A stretch of DNA of 64,000 nucleotides, taken from NCBI GenBank assembly GCA_018655015.1, contig JABIKK010000013.1:44071-108070 (forward strand), written 5' to 3'. Shown piece by piece: positions 17,854 through 27,080 of the stretch. The number at the start of each line of letters is the position of its first letter. Position 1 is the first letter of the stretch. The notes under the pieces are model-generated. The model worked only from the letters and a program-made list of their open reading frames with translations, ran no database searches and had not been told where the DNA came from. Position numbers and translations under genes: made by a program. The DNA comes from Candidatus Woesearchaeota archaeon. GTDB lineage: Archaea > Nanobdellota > Nanobdellia > SCGC-AAA011-G17 > UBA489.

Positions 17854-18248
17854 ATAAACTTCACCAAACCCTTAAGCTTAAGTTTGACCCTCTTACCAAA
17901 TCCATCTTTACCTTTTTTTGGATGAAATTTCTCTTGTTTCTGTCCTTCTAAATGGAACTTGTGTTCAATTGCAGTCATCAGCTTCTTCATAACAGAATTA
18001 ACATTTTTTCTTAAATCCCAACCCTCAACTTCAGAAGTTAAAGTTTCTTTTCCAAAATTAAGATGCGCCCTAAAACTATATCTCACCTTACTTCCCACTT
18101 CATGAACTTTCACATGGAATTTTAAATTATTCTTTGCACCAAATCTACGAATATCAGAGTTGTATTTTGAAACAACCTTTTTCAACCTTTCACGATCTAT
18201 CCCATCTAAAGAATTTAGTCCGACATAACTTACAGCCATTATAATCAC
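17850..18248 (-). CDS. Hypothetical protein, possible ribosome hibernation factor (HPF/RaiA)-like
   Basis: 'HVKVHEVGSKVRYSFRAHLNFGKETLTSEVEGWDLRKNVNSVMKKLMTAIE' resembles the beta-alpha-beta-beta-beta-alpha pattern of S30EA/HPF proteins. Weak call. Confidence 0.3.
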   Translation of the reverse strand: MIIMAVSYVGLNSLDGIDRERLKKVVSKYNSDIRRFGAKNNLKFHVKVHEVGSKVRYSFRAHLNFGKETLTSEVEGWDLRKNVNSVMKKLMTAIEHKFHLEGQKQEKFHPKKGKDGFGKRVKLKLKGLVKFI

Positions 18249-18278
18249 CCCAGTTTTAAAAGATTAAATACTTATCGT

Positions 18279-18770
18279 TTAAGTTCCAAAGTATTCATCT
18301 ATGATTTTTCTATGTTGAAAACCAATCTTAAGATCGGTCAATTCATCAAGTCCAAACCATTTAATATCTAATATCTCTCCTTCTTCCGCATTTTCGATAG
18401 TAGGTTCACCCTTATGCTCCCCAGAAAACACAGAAGTATACGCGCAAAAACCAATTTCTTCAAAAAATTCTTCATAACTACCAAAATATTTAGGCTTAAA
18501 ATCCAAACCGGCCTCTTCCCTCACTTCCCTTACAACTGTCTTCTCTTCAGTCTCACCTTCTTCAATGTGGCCTCCAGGCAAAGCCCAGGTATTTCTAAAG
18601 GGGAAATGTCCCCTCTTTATCAGTAAAACCTTTCCATCTTTAACCAACACAGCATTAACTACCTTATCTCTTCTCAAAGCAGTTTCCTCTTCAGAATTCT
18701 CTTCTCTAAACTTCTTCAAATCCTCTTCAGTAGTATCTTCTTGTATCTTTATTTTATTAATATCCATCAT
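18279..18770 (-). CDS. NUDIX hydrolase
   Basis: Nudix box 'GGHIEEGETEEKTVVREVREEAGL'. Confidence 0.85.
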   Translation of the reverse strand: MMDINKIKIQEDTTEEDLKKFREENSEEETALRRDKVVNAVLVKDGKVLLIKRGHFPFRNTWALPGGHIEEGETEEKTVVREVREEAGLDFKPKYFGSYEEFFEEIGFCAYTSVFSGEHKGEPTIENAEEGEILDIKWFGLDELTDLKIGFQHRKIIDEYFGT

Positions 18771-19393
18771 TTGAACACTTCTCCAGTTTCACTATACCAA
18801 AAGTAAAGATCTAATTCATCCATGCTAATGCCTAAATTCATACAATATAACTTAAATTTTTCTTCTATTAAAAGATATTCATTCTTTGTAAGTCCTTTGG
18901 AAACCTCATCAATTACTTCAAAATTTCTTAAATTCCTTAAAATATGTCTATCCAATATTGCAAGATCTCTAAATCCTACATTCCTTAAGAAGTGACTCGC
19001 CTCCTTGAGACCAAGACCCCTTACATTCTTTACAAGCCATTCCCTTACTTCAACGGAGTTGATAGATTTATCACTTAAGTCAAAACTCTCCCAGAGGGTA
19101 TTAAACAAATCTTTCAGTTCACAAACATACTTCGTTTTATTATTATGAAATCTAGTTTTTGTCTTTAGAATATTTCTAATGTCTTCAGAATCAACAGTGG
19201 AATTAAATAAATCCAAAGACTTTACTCCTTCAATAGCTTCAGCACACCTTTTAGCATTACTTTGGGGAGTCAATAAACAAAAACAAAGTTCATAAAAAAT
19301 ATCTTCTTTATCATTAATTTTAGAAAACGTATCTAATCTATCTAAAACTACAGATTTTATTTCAGAATATCCTTCCACAACAGAAGAATTCAT
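18767..19393 (-). CDS. ogg: N-glycosylase/DNA lyase (archaeal Ogg-type, HhH-GPD)
   Basis: 'GLGLKEASHFLRNVGFRDLAILDRHI' is a helix-hairpin-helix-GPD motif with a catalytic-Lys context. Confidence 0.7.
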   Translation of the reverse strand: MNSSVVEGYSEIKSVVLDRLDTFSKINDKEDIFYELCFCLLTPQSNAKRCAEAIEGVKSLDLFNSTVDSEDIRNILKTKTRFHNNKTKYVCELKDLFNTLWESFDLSDKSINSVEVREWLVKNVRGLGLKEASHFLRNVGFRDLAILDRHILRNLRNFEVIDEVSKGLTKNEYLLIEEKFKLYCMNLGISMDELDLYFWYSETGEVFK

Positions 19394-20229
19394 TTCATAT
19401 GTATCTCCACTACATCATCATCTGCTAGAACATGATCCAAACCAACAGTTTGCCCTTTAAACTTAGCACTCTTCCCATAAACTCTAGCATACTTAAAACT
19501 CTTAAGAAAATCCTTATGAACTTTTTTAGCAACATCTCTTAATGTTGAGTCCTTTGCAAAAGCTACAGGGGGAAGATCTTTTTCTCTCCCAGGTTGTTTA
19601 GTATAAACTTTAATTATTCCCAACTTGCGCCAAAGATCATCTTTAAATTTCTTAACATCTTGATCATTGTATATCGCCCTCTCAGTTACAACTTCAGATA
19701 ATTCTTTATCCAAAAAACCCTTGTCTTTAACATCCCTAAACAAAAAAACCATAAGATCTGCCTGCTTTAATATCCCTTTGTAAGTGGGGCCCATAACACT
19801 GTCTTCAAAGTTTTCAACAATGGCTGGAATCTCAACAATCTGAATTTTTATTCCATGATAATCCATTACTCCAATTTCTGGTTTCTTAGTTGTAAATTTA
19901 TAATCGGCAACCTCGACATTAGTTCCAGTTAGATCATTCAATAACTTGCTTTTACCAGAATTAGTTTTTCCCACAAGACATATCTGCGCAGCACCTTCCT
20001 TTTTTATCGTTGGAGAGTAACCCCTCCCACTAGATTTACTTTGTTTTTCAATAGTAGTCTTTAGTTTAGATATTCTTTCCTTAATAGAAGCTAACAATTT
20101 TTCACTAGATTTATGCTTAGGTGCAGTTTTGAGCATCTTCTTAAGAGCATTCAGTTTCTCATTGGGACCATCGGCATCCCTATACTCTTCTTCAGATCTC
20201 TGAAAATCAAAACCAGGATTAGTTGCCAT
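19390..20229 (-). CDS. Obg/DRG-like GTP-binding protein with C-terminal TGS domain (G3/G4 motifs degenerate)
   Basis: P-loop 'GKTNSGKS'. C-terminal TGS-like 'VYTKQPG...GQTVGLDHVLADDDVVEI'. No clear DxxG/NKxD. Confidence 0.55.
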   Translation of the reverse strand: MATNPGFDFQRSEEEYRDADGPNEKLNALKKMLKTAPKHKSSEKLLASIKERISKLKTTIEKQSKSSGRGYSPTIKKEGAAQICLVGKTNSGKSKLLNDLTGTNVEVADYKFTTKKPEIGVMDYHGIKIQIVEIPAIVENFEDSVMGPTYKGILKQADLMVFLFRDVKDKGFLDKELSEVVTERAIYNDQDVKKFKDDLWRKLGIIKVYTKQPGREKDLPPVAFAKDSTLRDVAKKVHKDFLKSFKYARVYGKSAKFKGQTVGLDHVLADDDVVEIHMK

Positions 20230-20267
20230 TCGAAATAAGTCCCAACAGGCCTTTAAAAATTTTACAT

Positions 20268-21674
20268 TCAGTAGAATGGTTTAGCAGAATTATCGGATTT
20301 TTGACCCCAAGATGAAGCATCCTTGCTAGATCCTAGATCTCTAGGAGTGAACTTAATTGGGCCTTTTCCACCACTAGGGCTACCTTTTCCAGATATCCTA
20401 TGAACTACAACCATTAGAACCACAATAACAATTATTAAAATCAATAAAGTCCAAAGCCATCCAAATTCACCTTCTCCCTCAGGAGTTTCCACAACATCAG
20501 TTACATCTTCAACTGAAGGGGCCTCTATTACTTCCTCTACTAGAGGTGCAGGCGAAGATATCTCTTTAAAGACTAAATCTGCAGACTTTTGATGTATCTT
20601 ATGTAAGTATATTTCTAAATCATTTACGCCATCTGCATTAACATCTATTTCTTTAGTTTCATTAACTTCAAGGCTAACTGTAAAAGGTTCGCTAGAAATC
20701 AACAAAGTTACAGAACTATCTCCCATTTCTTCAACTTTAATTTCATGCTCCTCTTCAGCAAGCAAAAATCTAATTCCACCTAATTTTTTAATTAATCTTG
20801 CTTCACCTTGTTCAGGCAATGAGCCATACTTACCAGCATAATCTTCCATTGTTCCCTTACCAATAACTTTCTTAGCTATAGGTGCAACAAAGTTTGGATC
20901 TACAAAAGGTGAAGTTCCACCCTGAACAAGAGTTTGAGTTGAGAAGTTCAATATCTTTTCTAAGTTGTTTCCTGCATTATCCTGTGCGAAACACTTAATG
21001 CTAAGTTCCCCTTCTCTTCTCGTAAGGTCTCCAGAAACAGTTGCCACAACTTGTGCAGTTGTATTTTTTGTTAACGTTAAATTTTCAGTATATGAAGATA
21101 ATCCTGGTAGCTTAACACTCATGTAATTTTTACTAATATCTATTATTGACGTAGCATCTGTGAATGTACAATTAACTACCATCTCAGCCCCATAGTCTAT
21201 TTTCAAAGAAGTCGTCAAATTAGTTCCAAGAGTATCTTTAAATTGTATGTGTCCTGTTGGTGCAGTTGTATCTAAAAGTTGAATATTTGCTAATGTTGCA
21301 GTAAAATCACCAGTCCCATTGTTAACTGTAATGTTTAGTGTATAATTTGCATCTGACGAAAAGTTAGCCGCGGTTATAGTTAAATTCCATAACAATTGAT
21401 TAGCTGAACTGTTTGAATGATTAGATACATGTGTCCATGTAGTGCCAGCATCTGTAGATATATACCATGTTGCATTACCTGCCATATTACCTGTAAATGT
21501 AGCCCCAGTAGTGACAGCAGCAGCAGCAGTGATGTATGTAGTAGCGGCTGAAGGCGTATCAAGTGTAACATCTGTAACCGAAGCTGAAACAGCAACAACA
21601 CTAAATAACATAACAAATAAGAACATTAATGCAAATACACTTCTCTTAAAAAAATAAACCTCTTTAAAGCTCAT
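20268..21674 (-). CDS. Surface glycoprotein (signal peptide, N-glycosylation-sequon-rich, C-terminal TM anchor), paralog of 62577-63860
   Basis: Signal peptide, then Thr/Asn-rich region with >25 N-x-S/T sequons, conserved block 'DTTAPTGHIQFKDTLGTNLTTSLKIDYGAEMVVNCTF...KNTTAQVVATVSG...KCFAQDNAG', and a C-terminal TM + cytoplasmic tail. Confidence 0.7.
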   Translation of the reverse strand: MSFKEVYFFKRSVFALMFLFVMLFSVVAVSASVTDVTLDTPSAATTYITAAAAVTTGATFTGNMAGNATWYISTDAGTTWTHVSNHSNSSANQLLWNLTITAANFSSDANYTLNITVNNGTGDFTATLANIQLLDTTAPTGHIQFKDTLGTNLTTSLKIDYGAEMVVNCTFTDATSIIDISKNYMSVKLPGLSSYTENLTLTKNTTAQVVATVSGDLTRREGELSIKCFAQDNAGNNLEKILNFSTQTLVQGGTSPFVDPNFVAPIAKKVIGKGTMEDYAGKYGSLPEQGEARLIKKLGGIRFLLAEEEHEIKVEEMGDSSVTLLISSEPFTVSLEVNETKEIDVNADGVNDLEIYLHKIHQKSADLVFKEISSPAPLVEEVIEAPSVEDVTDVVETPEGEGEFGWLWTLLILIIVIVVLMVVVHRISGKGSPSGGKGPIKFTPRDLGSSKDASSWGQKSDNSAKPFY

Positions 21675-21696
21675 AGTTCAAATAACATCAAAATTA

Positions 21697-21704
21697 TTTA
21701 TAAA
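21697..21704 (-). promoter_or_regulatory. TATA box (palindromic TTTATAAA) ~25 nt upstream of surface-glycoprotein start; leaderless mRNA likely
   Basis: TTTATAAA centred ~27 nt from the ATG at 21674. Confidence 0.4.
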
Positions 21705-21781
21705 TCTTTTGATTAAAGAATTAAATCAAAAAAGATTAAATCACAAGATTTAAGAAAGAATATTCTAAATTTAAATTACCT

Positions 21782-21865
21782 GTGGGAGTGCCGGAGCGGT
21801 CAAACGGGATGGCCTCAAGAGCCATTGGCTTAGTGCCTACTAAGGTTCGAATCCTTGCTCCCACA
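21782..21865 (+). tRNA. tRNA-Leu (anticodon CAA), type II
   Basis: Manual cloverleaf: acceptor GTGGGAG/CTCCCAC, D-arm CCG-GAGCGGTCAAA-CGG, anticodon loop CTCAAGA, T-loop TTCGAAT, long variable arm. Confidence 0.85.
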
Positions 21866-21875
21866 TTATTAAAAA

Positions 21876-22712
21876 ATGATAGGATACATTATCGGATTTT
21901 TTGCACTGTTAAGCGTGTATAATGAAATTAACTTTTTCCTAATTAAACGAAAAATAACTGGACCAATCACTGCAATGAAAGGTGCTGAATCATTTTCAAA
22001 AAAAAGAGGTAAAAAGGTTGCACTATTAATACATGGTTTTTCTAGTAGCCCAAAAGAATTTAGAGAGCTTGGAAACTTATTAGCAAGAAACAATATATCT
22101 GTTTATGTACCACTTCTACCAGGACATGGAACATCCCCAGAAAGACTTGCAGTTACTAAACATTTCCAATGGATAGAATCAGTCAATGATTCAATCAAAA
22201 AATTAGAAAAAGAATACAAAGAAATCTATTTAGTTGGTAACTCCTTGGGCGGAAATCTTGCTATTATATCTGCAAACAAATCAAAAAAAATCAAAGGAAT
22301 CGTTACTCTTGGTTCTCCAATAATATTCAGAAAAGAAAAAATAAAAAGATACTTATTTTTCCCAATAATTAGAAGGATAAAACTATTTCAAAAAAAGAAA
22401 TATGACATAGACATTACTGAAATTAACAAAAGAAGAACAACCTATCCAATGGTTGCATTAAGGTCCATCCACCAGGGCTTAAAAATAGTAATTTTGTCTA
22501 AAAAGTGCATAAAGAATATAAAAACACCAATATTGGTGATGCAGACTGAAAATGACAAATTAACTATTGAAGAAAGTGGAGAATACATTATAAACCATAT
22601 TAAGTCTAAAAGAAAAGAGCTAATCACAATTCCAGAATCATATCATGTATTCATACTAGATAAATATAGAAAACAAGTAAATAAAAAGATTCTAGGATTC
22701 ATAAAAAAATGA
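21876..22712 (+). CDS. Alpha/beta-hydrolase (esterase/lipase family)
   Basis: Nucleophile elbow 'GNSLGG' and 'LLIHGFSSS' oxyanion region. Confidence 0.7.
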   Translation: MIGYIIGFFALLSVYNEINFFLIKRKITGPITAMKGAESFSKKRGKKVALLIHGFSSSPKEFRELGNLLARNNISVYVPLLPGHGTSPERLAVTKHFQWIESVNDSIKKLEKEYKEIYLVGNSLGGNLAIISANKSKKIKGIVTLGSPIIFRKEKIKRYLFFPIIRRIKLFQKKKYDIDITEINKRRTTYPMVALRSIHQGLKIVILSKKCIKNIKTPILVMQTENDKLTIEESGEYIINHIKSKRKELITIPESYHVFILDKYRKQVNKKILGFIKK

Positions 22713-23419
22713 AAGTACTAACAAACACAAAAGGAAAAAGATTTTTTTGGAAATCTGGAGACCTACACACAGAAGATGGAATCATAAAAGAATCAGATAT
22801 AAGAAATAGATCCAATAAAATAAAGAGCAATATAGAAAAAGAATTAATTAAATTTGATGCAAAATTCCAAGATCAATTGGATGACTTAACGCCAGGTCCA
22901 GCAACAGTAAATGCAAAAGACGCTGGAACAATAATTGCACAAACAGGAATTAATTCCAAAAGTAAAATTGTAGATGCGGGTTCTGGTTCAGGATTCTTAG
23001 CAGCATATTTAGCAAACATCACAAACAACGTAACAACCTATGAAAAAAACACTGGGCATTTCAAACTAGCAAAAGGCAACTTAAAAAAACTCGCGCCAAA
23101 AGTAAAAATAAAAAACAAAGACGTCTCCGAAGGAATCGACGAAACAAATTTAGACTTAATAACCTTAGATCTTCCAGACCCAGAAAATATCCTAAAACAT
23201 GCAGAATCATCGTTAAATTCAGGTGCTTATTTAGTCTGCTATCTCCCAAGTATAACTCAAGTGCAAAGCATAATAAAAGCCTCAAAAAAATACAATTTCA
23301 TCTTAGAAAAAGCCATAGAAACAATAGAAAGAGAATGGGTCGTCCAAGATAGAATATGTCGCCCAAAACATCAAATTCTAGGCCATACAGCATTCTTAGT
23401 GTTCTTTAGAAAGTATTAA
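22709..23419 (+). CDS. trmI: tRNA (adenine-N1)-methyltransferase TrmI/Gcd14-like
   Basis: SAM motif 'VDAGSGSGFLAAYLA' and 'PGPATVNAKDAGTIIAQTGI' N-domain typical of TrmI. Confidence 0.6.
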   Translation: MKVLTNTKGKRFFWKSGDLHTEDGIIKESDIRNRSNKIKSNIEKELIKFDAKFQDQLDDLTPGPATVNAKDAGTIIAQTGINSKSKIVDAGSGSGFLAAYLANITNNVTTYEKNTGHFKLAKGNLKKLAPKVKIKNKDVSEGIDETNLDLITLDLPDPENILKHAESSLNSGAYLVCYLPSITQVQSIIKASKKYNFILEKAIETIEREWVVQDRICRPKHQILGHTAFLVFFRKY

Positions 23420-23427
23420 AAACCATT

Positions 23428-23471
23428 GTACTAGATAACTTGTATTGCTTATTCTACGTATTATCTAGTAC
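23428..23471. terminator. Perfect 11-bp inverted repeat hairpin (GTACTAGATAA-N22-TTATCTAGTAC) downstream of trmI
   Basis: Directly visible in sequence; followed by palindromic AAACCCT-ATTTTAAAAG-GGTTT (23484-23505) containing a TATA-like core for the next gene. Confidence 0.4.
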
Positions 23472-23517
23472 TAAACTAATAGTAAACCCTATTTTAAAAG
23501 GGTTTCGGAGATAAAAA

Positions 23518-25320
23518 ATGAAAAAAATAATGAAAAAATATGTCGTAGACACATCTGCGATAATTGAAAAAATTCCTACTACTCAGATTAAAGAGAAGAA
23601 GATTGCTGAAGGAGACATATTAATCCCCCATGCAGTAATAGCGGAGCTTGAAAATCAGGCAAATCGGGGAAAAGAAATTGGTCTAATTGGCCTTGAAGAA
23701 ATACAAGAAATTAGAGAACTTTGTAAAAAAAATAAAGTCACACTCAATTTCGTTGGAGAAAGACCATCTGAACATCAGATAAGACATGCTAAATCTGGAG
23801 AAATAGATGCATACATAAGAGAATTAGCTTCTCAAAACGATGCAACATTAATCACCGCAGATCTAGTACAATCTAAATCTGGAAAGGCACTTGGAATAGA
23901 AGTAGATTACATTGAAATTGTAAAATACCAAGAAGAATTAACTTTAGAAAAGTATATTGACGATAAAACAATGTCTTTACACCTAAAAGAAAATAACTAT
24001 GTTATGGCAAAAAAAGGAGCTCCAGGTAACTGGAATTTAGAAAAAGTTAGTAAAACTAAAATAACTCCTGAACAAATGCAAAAATATGCACAAGAGATTA
24101 TTGAAAAAACAAGATTAGATAAAAAATCTTACACTGAAATTTCAAAGAGATGTACAACGGTTGTTCAATATCAAAATTTAAGAATTGTAATTGTAAAACC
24201 TCCTGTTTCAAACGGATGGGAAATAACAATCGTGCACCCTTTAACTAAGTTAGATCTAGAAGACTATAAACTTCCAGAAGAATTAGCAGAGAGGATTGAA
24301 CATAAAGCAAGAGGAATAATCATCTGTGGAGAAACAGGATCAGGTAAAACAACCCTAGCACAGGCTATAGCTGAATGGTATGTAAATGACAATAGAATTG
24401 TAAAAACAGTAGAATCTCCTAGAGACCTACAATTACCCGATTCAGTCACACAGTACTCCAAGAACTTTACTAGTGAGGGAGAGATACATGATATCTTATT
24501 CCTTTCAAGACCAGATAATATCTTGTTTGATGAAATGAGGTCTTCGCCAGATTTTGCATTATACACTGATCTAAGATTAGCTGGATCGAATATGATCGGA
24601 GTTCTACATGCCGCACAAGCTATTGATGCAGTTCAAAGATTTATTGCACGTCTTGACACCGGGGTTATTCCAAATGTTGTAGACACAATCATCTTCATGG
24701 AAGCAGGTAAAATAGAAAAAGTTCTAACATTGAAAATGATGGTTAAGGTTCCAAGTGGAATGACTGAGTCAGACCTAGCAAGACCTATAATCGAAGTAAG
24801 AGACTATCAAACAAATAAATTAGATTATGAGATCTATAGTTATGGGGAACAAACAGTTGTAATTCCAATTTCATCTGATACAAAAAAATCAGGTGCAATG
24901 AAACTTGCTGAAAATGAAATTGTAAAATACTTCTTAAAATACGCCCCATCAGTCAAGGCAGAAGTTGTCAGCAGTTCAAAGGCAGTTGTTTACATTCCAG
25001 AAGATAGAATTGCAAAGGTTATTGGTAGTGCAGGAAAGAACATTGAAAAATGTGAAAAGGATCTAGGTATTGGAATAGATATTAGAGAACTAAAAATAGA
25101 GAAAAATAATGTCAAATATTCTCTAAAAGAAGATAAGAAAAACCTAGTCTTCTACTCTGATCCTGGGCAAACCCTTGAAATCTATACAAATGGCAAATTT
25201 ATCCTTTCCGCAATTACAAGTAAAAAAGGCGAAATTAAGATAAATAAAAAGAGTGTACAAGGAAGAGACATTCTAAAGGTTCTTAGCAAAAAGAATGGGG
25301 AAATAGAAGTCAAGGCCTAA
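23518..25320 (+). CDS. PIN-domain / PhoH-like ATPase / KH-domain protein (conserved archaeal)
   Basis: N-terminal PIN (VVDTSAII...D), Walker A 'GETGSGKTTLAQAIAEW', C-terminal KH 'VIGSAGKNIEKCEKDLGIGIDI'. Confidence 0.75.
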   Translation: MKKIMKKYVVDTSAIIEKIPTTQIKEKKIAEGDILIPHAVIAELENQANRGKEIGLIGLEEIQEIRELCKKNKVTLNFVGERPSEHQIRHAKSGEIDAYIRELASQNDATLITADLVQSKSGKALGIEVDYIEIVKYQEELTLEKYIDDKTMSLHLKENNYVMAKKGAPGNWNLEKVSKTKITPEQMQKYAQEIIEKTRLDKKSYTEISKRCTTVVQYQNLRIVIVKPPVSNGWEITIVHPLTKLDLEDYKLPEELAERIEHKARGIIICGETGSGKTTLAQAIAEWYVNDNRIVKTVESPRDLQLPDSVTQYSKNFTSEGEIHDILFLSRPDNILFDEMRSSPDFALYTDLRLAGSNMIGVLHAAQAIDAVQRFIARLDTGVIPNVVDTIIFMEAGKIEKVLTLKMMVKVPSGMTESDLARPIIEVRDYQTNKLDYEIYSYGEQTVVIPISSDTKKSGAMKLAENEIVKYFLKYAPSVKAEVVSSSKAVVYIPEDRIAKVIGSAGKNIEKCEKDLGIGIDIRELKIEKNNVKYSLKEDKKNLVFYSDPGQTLEIYTNGKFILSAITSKKGEIKINKKSVQGRDILKVLSKKNGEIEVKA

Positions 25321-25322
25321 AA

Positions 25323-26303
25323 ATGGACAAACCCTATAGTCTCGTAGTCCTCGGAGGAGGCAGTGGATGCTTTTCGATACTAAGAGGTCTAAAAAAATTC
25401 TCTAGTCTAGCCACCATAACTTCTATTTTTACAATTGCAGATGACGGTGGCTCAAGTGGAGTTCTAAGAAGCGAATTTGGAATACTCCCTCCTGGAGATT
25501 TAAGAAGACATATAGCGGCATTATCAGAATCATCTAAAAAAATGGTGGAACTTCTTAACTTCAGATTCAAAGATAGTCCATCTGTAAAAGATCATTCACT
25601 GGGTAATTTAATTTACACAGCCCTAGCAAAAATCACAGGTTCTGACGAAGGCGCAATAAGAGAAATGAATAATATCTTTCAAACAAATGAAAGTTTAGTT
25701 TTGCCCGCATCATTAGATAAAGTTAAACTAATCGCAGAATACGAAAATGGAATTTCTCTCAGAGGAGAAACAAATATTGATAATTTAAACAGTAATAAGC
25801 ATGGGGCAATAACCAAAGTTCATTTAGAGCCCGAAGCAACAGCATACTTGCCAACAGTTGAAGTTCTCAAAAGAGCAACACACATAATACTCAGTGCAGG
25901 AGATCTTTATACAAGCATAGTTCCAATACTTCTAGTAAATAACATACCTGAAGCAATAAGAGATTCAAATGCAAAAATTATTTACGTATCAAATTTAATG
26001 ACAAAAATGGGAGAAACAGATAACTTCAAAACAGAAAATTTCATAGAAATATTAAACAAATATCTAAAATACAAAAAGGTAGATTGCGTAATTGTAAATA
26101 AGAAAACCCCTTCTGAGGAATTAATAAAGGAATACAAGGAAGAAGGTTCAGAAATAGTAACTTACAGTAAAGATAGTCTAAACAACTTAGGAACAAAAGT
26201 AATTGAGGAAAACCTAATATTGGAAAAAGAAATTCTTAGACACAATCCAAAAAATACGGCATTAGCAATCATAAAGTACGTTCTAGACTCTTCAACGTCA
26301 TAA
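25323..26303 (+). CDS. CofD/YvcK-family (UPF0052) protein
   Basis: 'VVLGGGSG' and 'ADDGGSSG' glycine-rich motifs characteristic of the 2-phospho-L-lactate transferase/YvcK fold. Confidence 0.65.
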   Translation: MDKPYSLVVLGGGSGCFSILRGLKKFSSLATITSIFTIADDGGSSGVLRSEFGILPPGDLRRHIAALSESSKKMVELLNFRFKDSPSVKDHSLGNLIYTALAKITGSDEGAIREMNNIFQTNESLVLPASLDKVKLIAEYENGISLRGETNIDNLNSNKHGAITKVHLEPEATAYLPTVEVLKRATHIILSAGDLYTSIVPILLVNNIPEAIRDSNAKIIYVSNLMTKMGETDNFKTENFIEILNKYLKYKKVDCVIVNKKTPSEELIKEYKEEGSEIVTYSKDSLNNLGTKVIEENLILEKEILRHNPKNTALAIIKYVLDSSTS

Positions 26304-26363
26304 TAAGAAAATATTCCTGGAATTTCTTATACAAACTTATAAAATAACAGTCCAATAAGGTTA

Positions 26364-27029
26364 ATGATCAATTCTCCAGAGAAAATTAATAATCCATTAT
26401 TTTTAGAATTATACGGAGCCTTACTTGGAGACGGTTGGATTGGAAGATATATCAATAAAAAGAAGGACAAAGAGTATCCATACTATCTTCTAGGCATTAG
26501 TGGAGATTCTAGATTAGATAAAGATTATTTTGATTTTCTTTCCCATACTATAGGGAAATTATTTGGCATTCATCCAACAATAAGAAAGAAAAAGTTAGAA
26601 AATACTATTGAACTAAGAGCCTACAATGAAAAAATTGTAAAGTACCTAAACTCAGAACTTAATTTTCCAATTGGTAAAAAGGGAGAGTTCAAAATTAAAA
26701 GAGAGATAAACAATGAATGGGGAAAAGTTAAACATGTCATAAGAGGTATATTCGACACAGACGGGTCAATATATTTCGATAAAACTCCAGTCGGACGACC
26801 TTACCCTACAATCTCAATCAGCATAACTTCCAGGCCCGCCCTAAAACAAATTAGAGATAATCTTTTAAAACAGGGTTTTAAGGTACAAAATAGAAAAGAT
26901 CGACCTGAGATAAAATTAAAAGGTAGAAAACAATTAGAAAAATGGATGAAAGAAATAGGATGTAGAAATAACAGACATTTTTCAAAATACAAGAAATTCA
27001 TACAAGGGCCCGTAGCTCAGCTTGGATAG
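26364..27029 (+). CDS. Free-standing double-motif LAGLIDADG homing endonuclease
   Basis: Motifs 'LYGALLGDGWIG' and 'IRGIFDTDGSIY'. The last 8 codons overlap the 5' 24 nt of tRNA-Arg(CCU). Confidence 0.75.
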   Translation: MINSPEKINNPLFLELYGALLGDGWIGRYINKKKDKEYPYYLLGISGDSRLDKDYFDFLSHTIGKLFGIHPTIRKKKLENTIELRAYNEKIVKYLNSELNFPIGKKGEFKIKREINNEWGKVKHVIRGIFDTDGSIYFDKTPVGRPYPTISISITSRPALKQIRDNLLKQGFKVQNRKDRPEIKLKGRKQLEKWMKEIGCRNNRHFSKYKKFIQGPVAQLG

Positions 27030-27080
27030 AGCATTTCCCTCCTAAGGAAAGGGTCGCAGGTTCAAATCCTGTCGGGTCCG
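27006..27080 (+). tRNA. tRNA-Arg (anticodon CCU)
   Basis: Manual cloverleaf: acceptor GGGCCCG/CGGGTCC, D-arm GCTC-AGCTTGGATA-GAGC, anticodon stem TTTCC/GGAAA with loop CTCCTAA, T-loop TTCAAAT. Confidence 0.85.

Noticed and set aside
21380-21657. Leu-rich and Ala/Val-rich ORFs within the surface glycoprotein gene
   Set aside because: Alternative-frame translations of the Thr/Ala-rich repetitive coding region; nested in the 468-aa CDS.
26364-27080. tRNA-Arg carrying an intron that encodes the LAGLIDADG enzyme
   Set aside because: A complete, uninterrupted cloverleaf (27006-27080) is present downstream and no 5' tRNA half is detectable upstream of the endonuclease ORF, so an intron-encoded arrangement is not supported. 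A remnant relationship remains possible (see findings).
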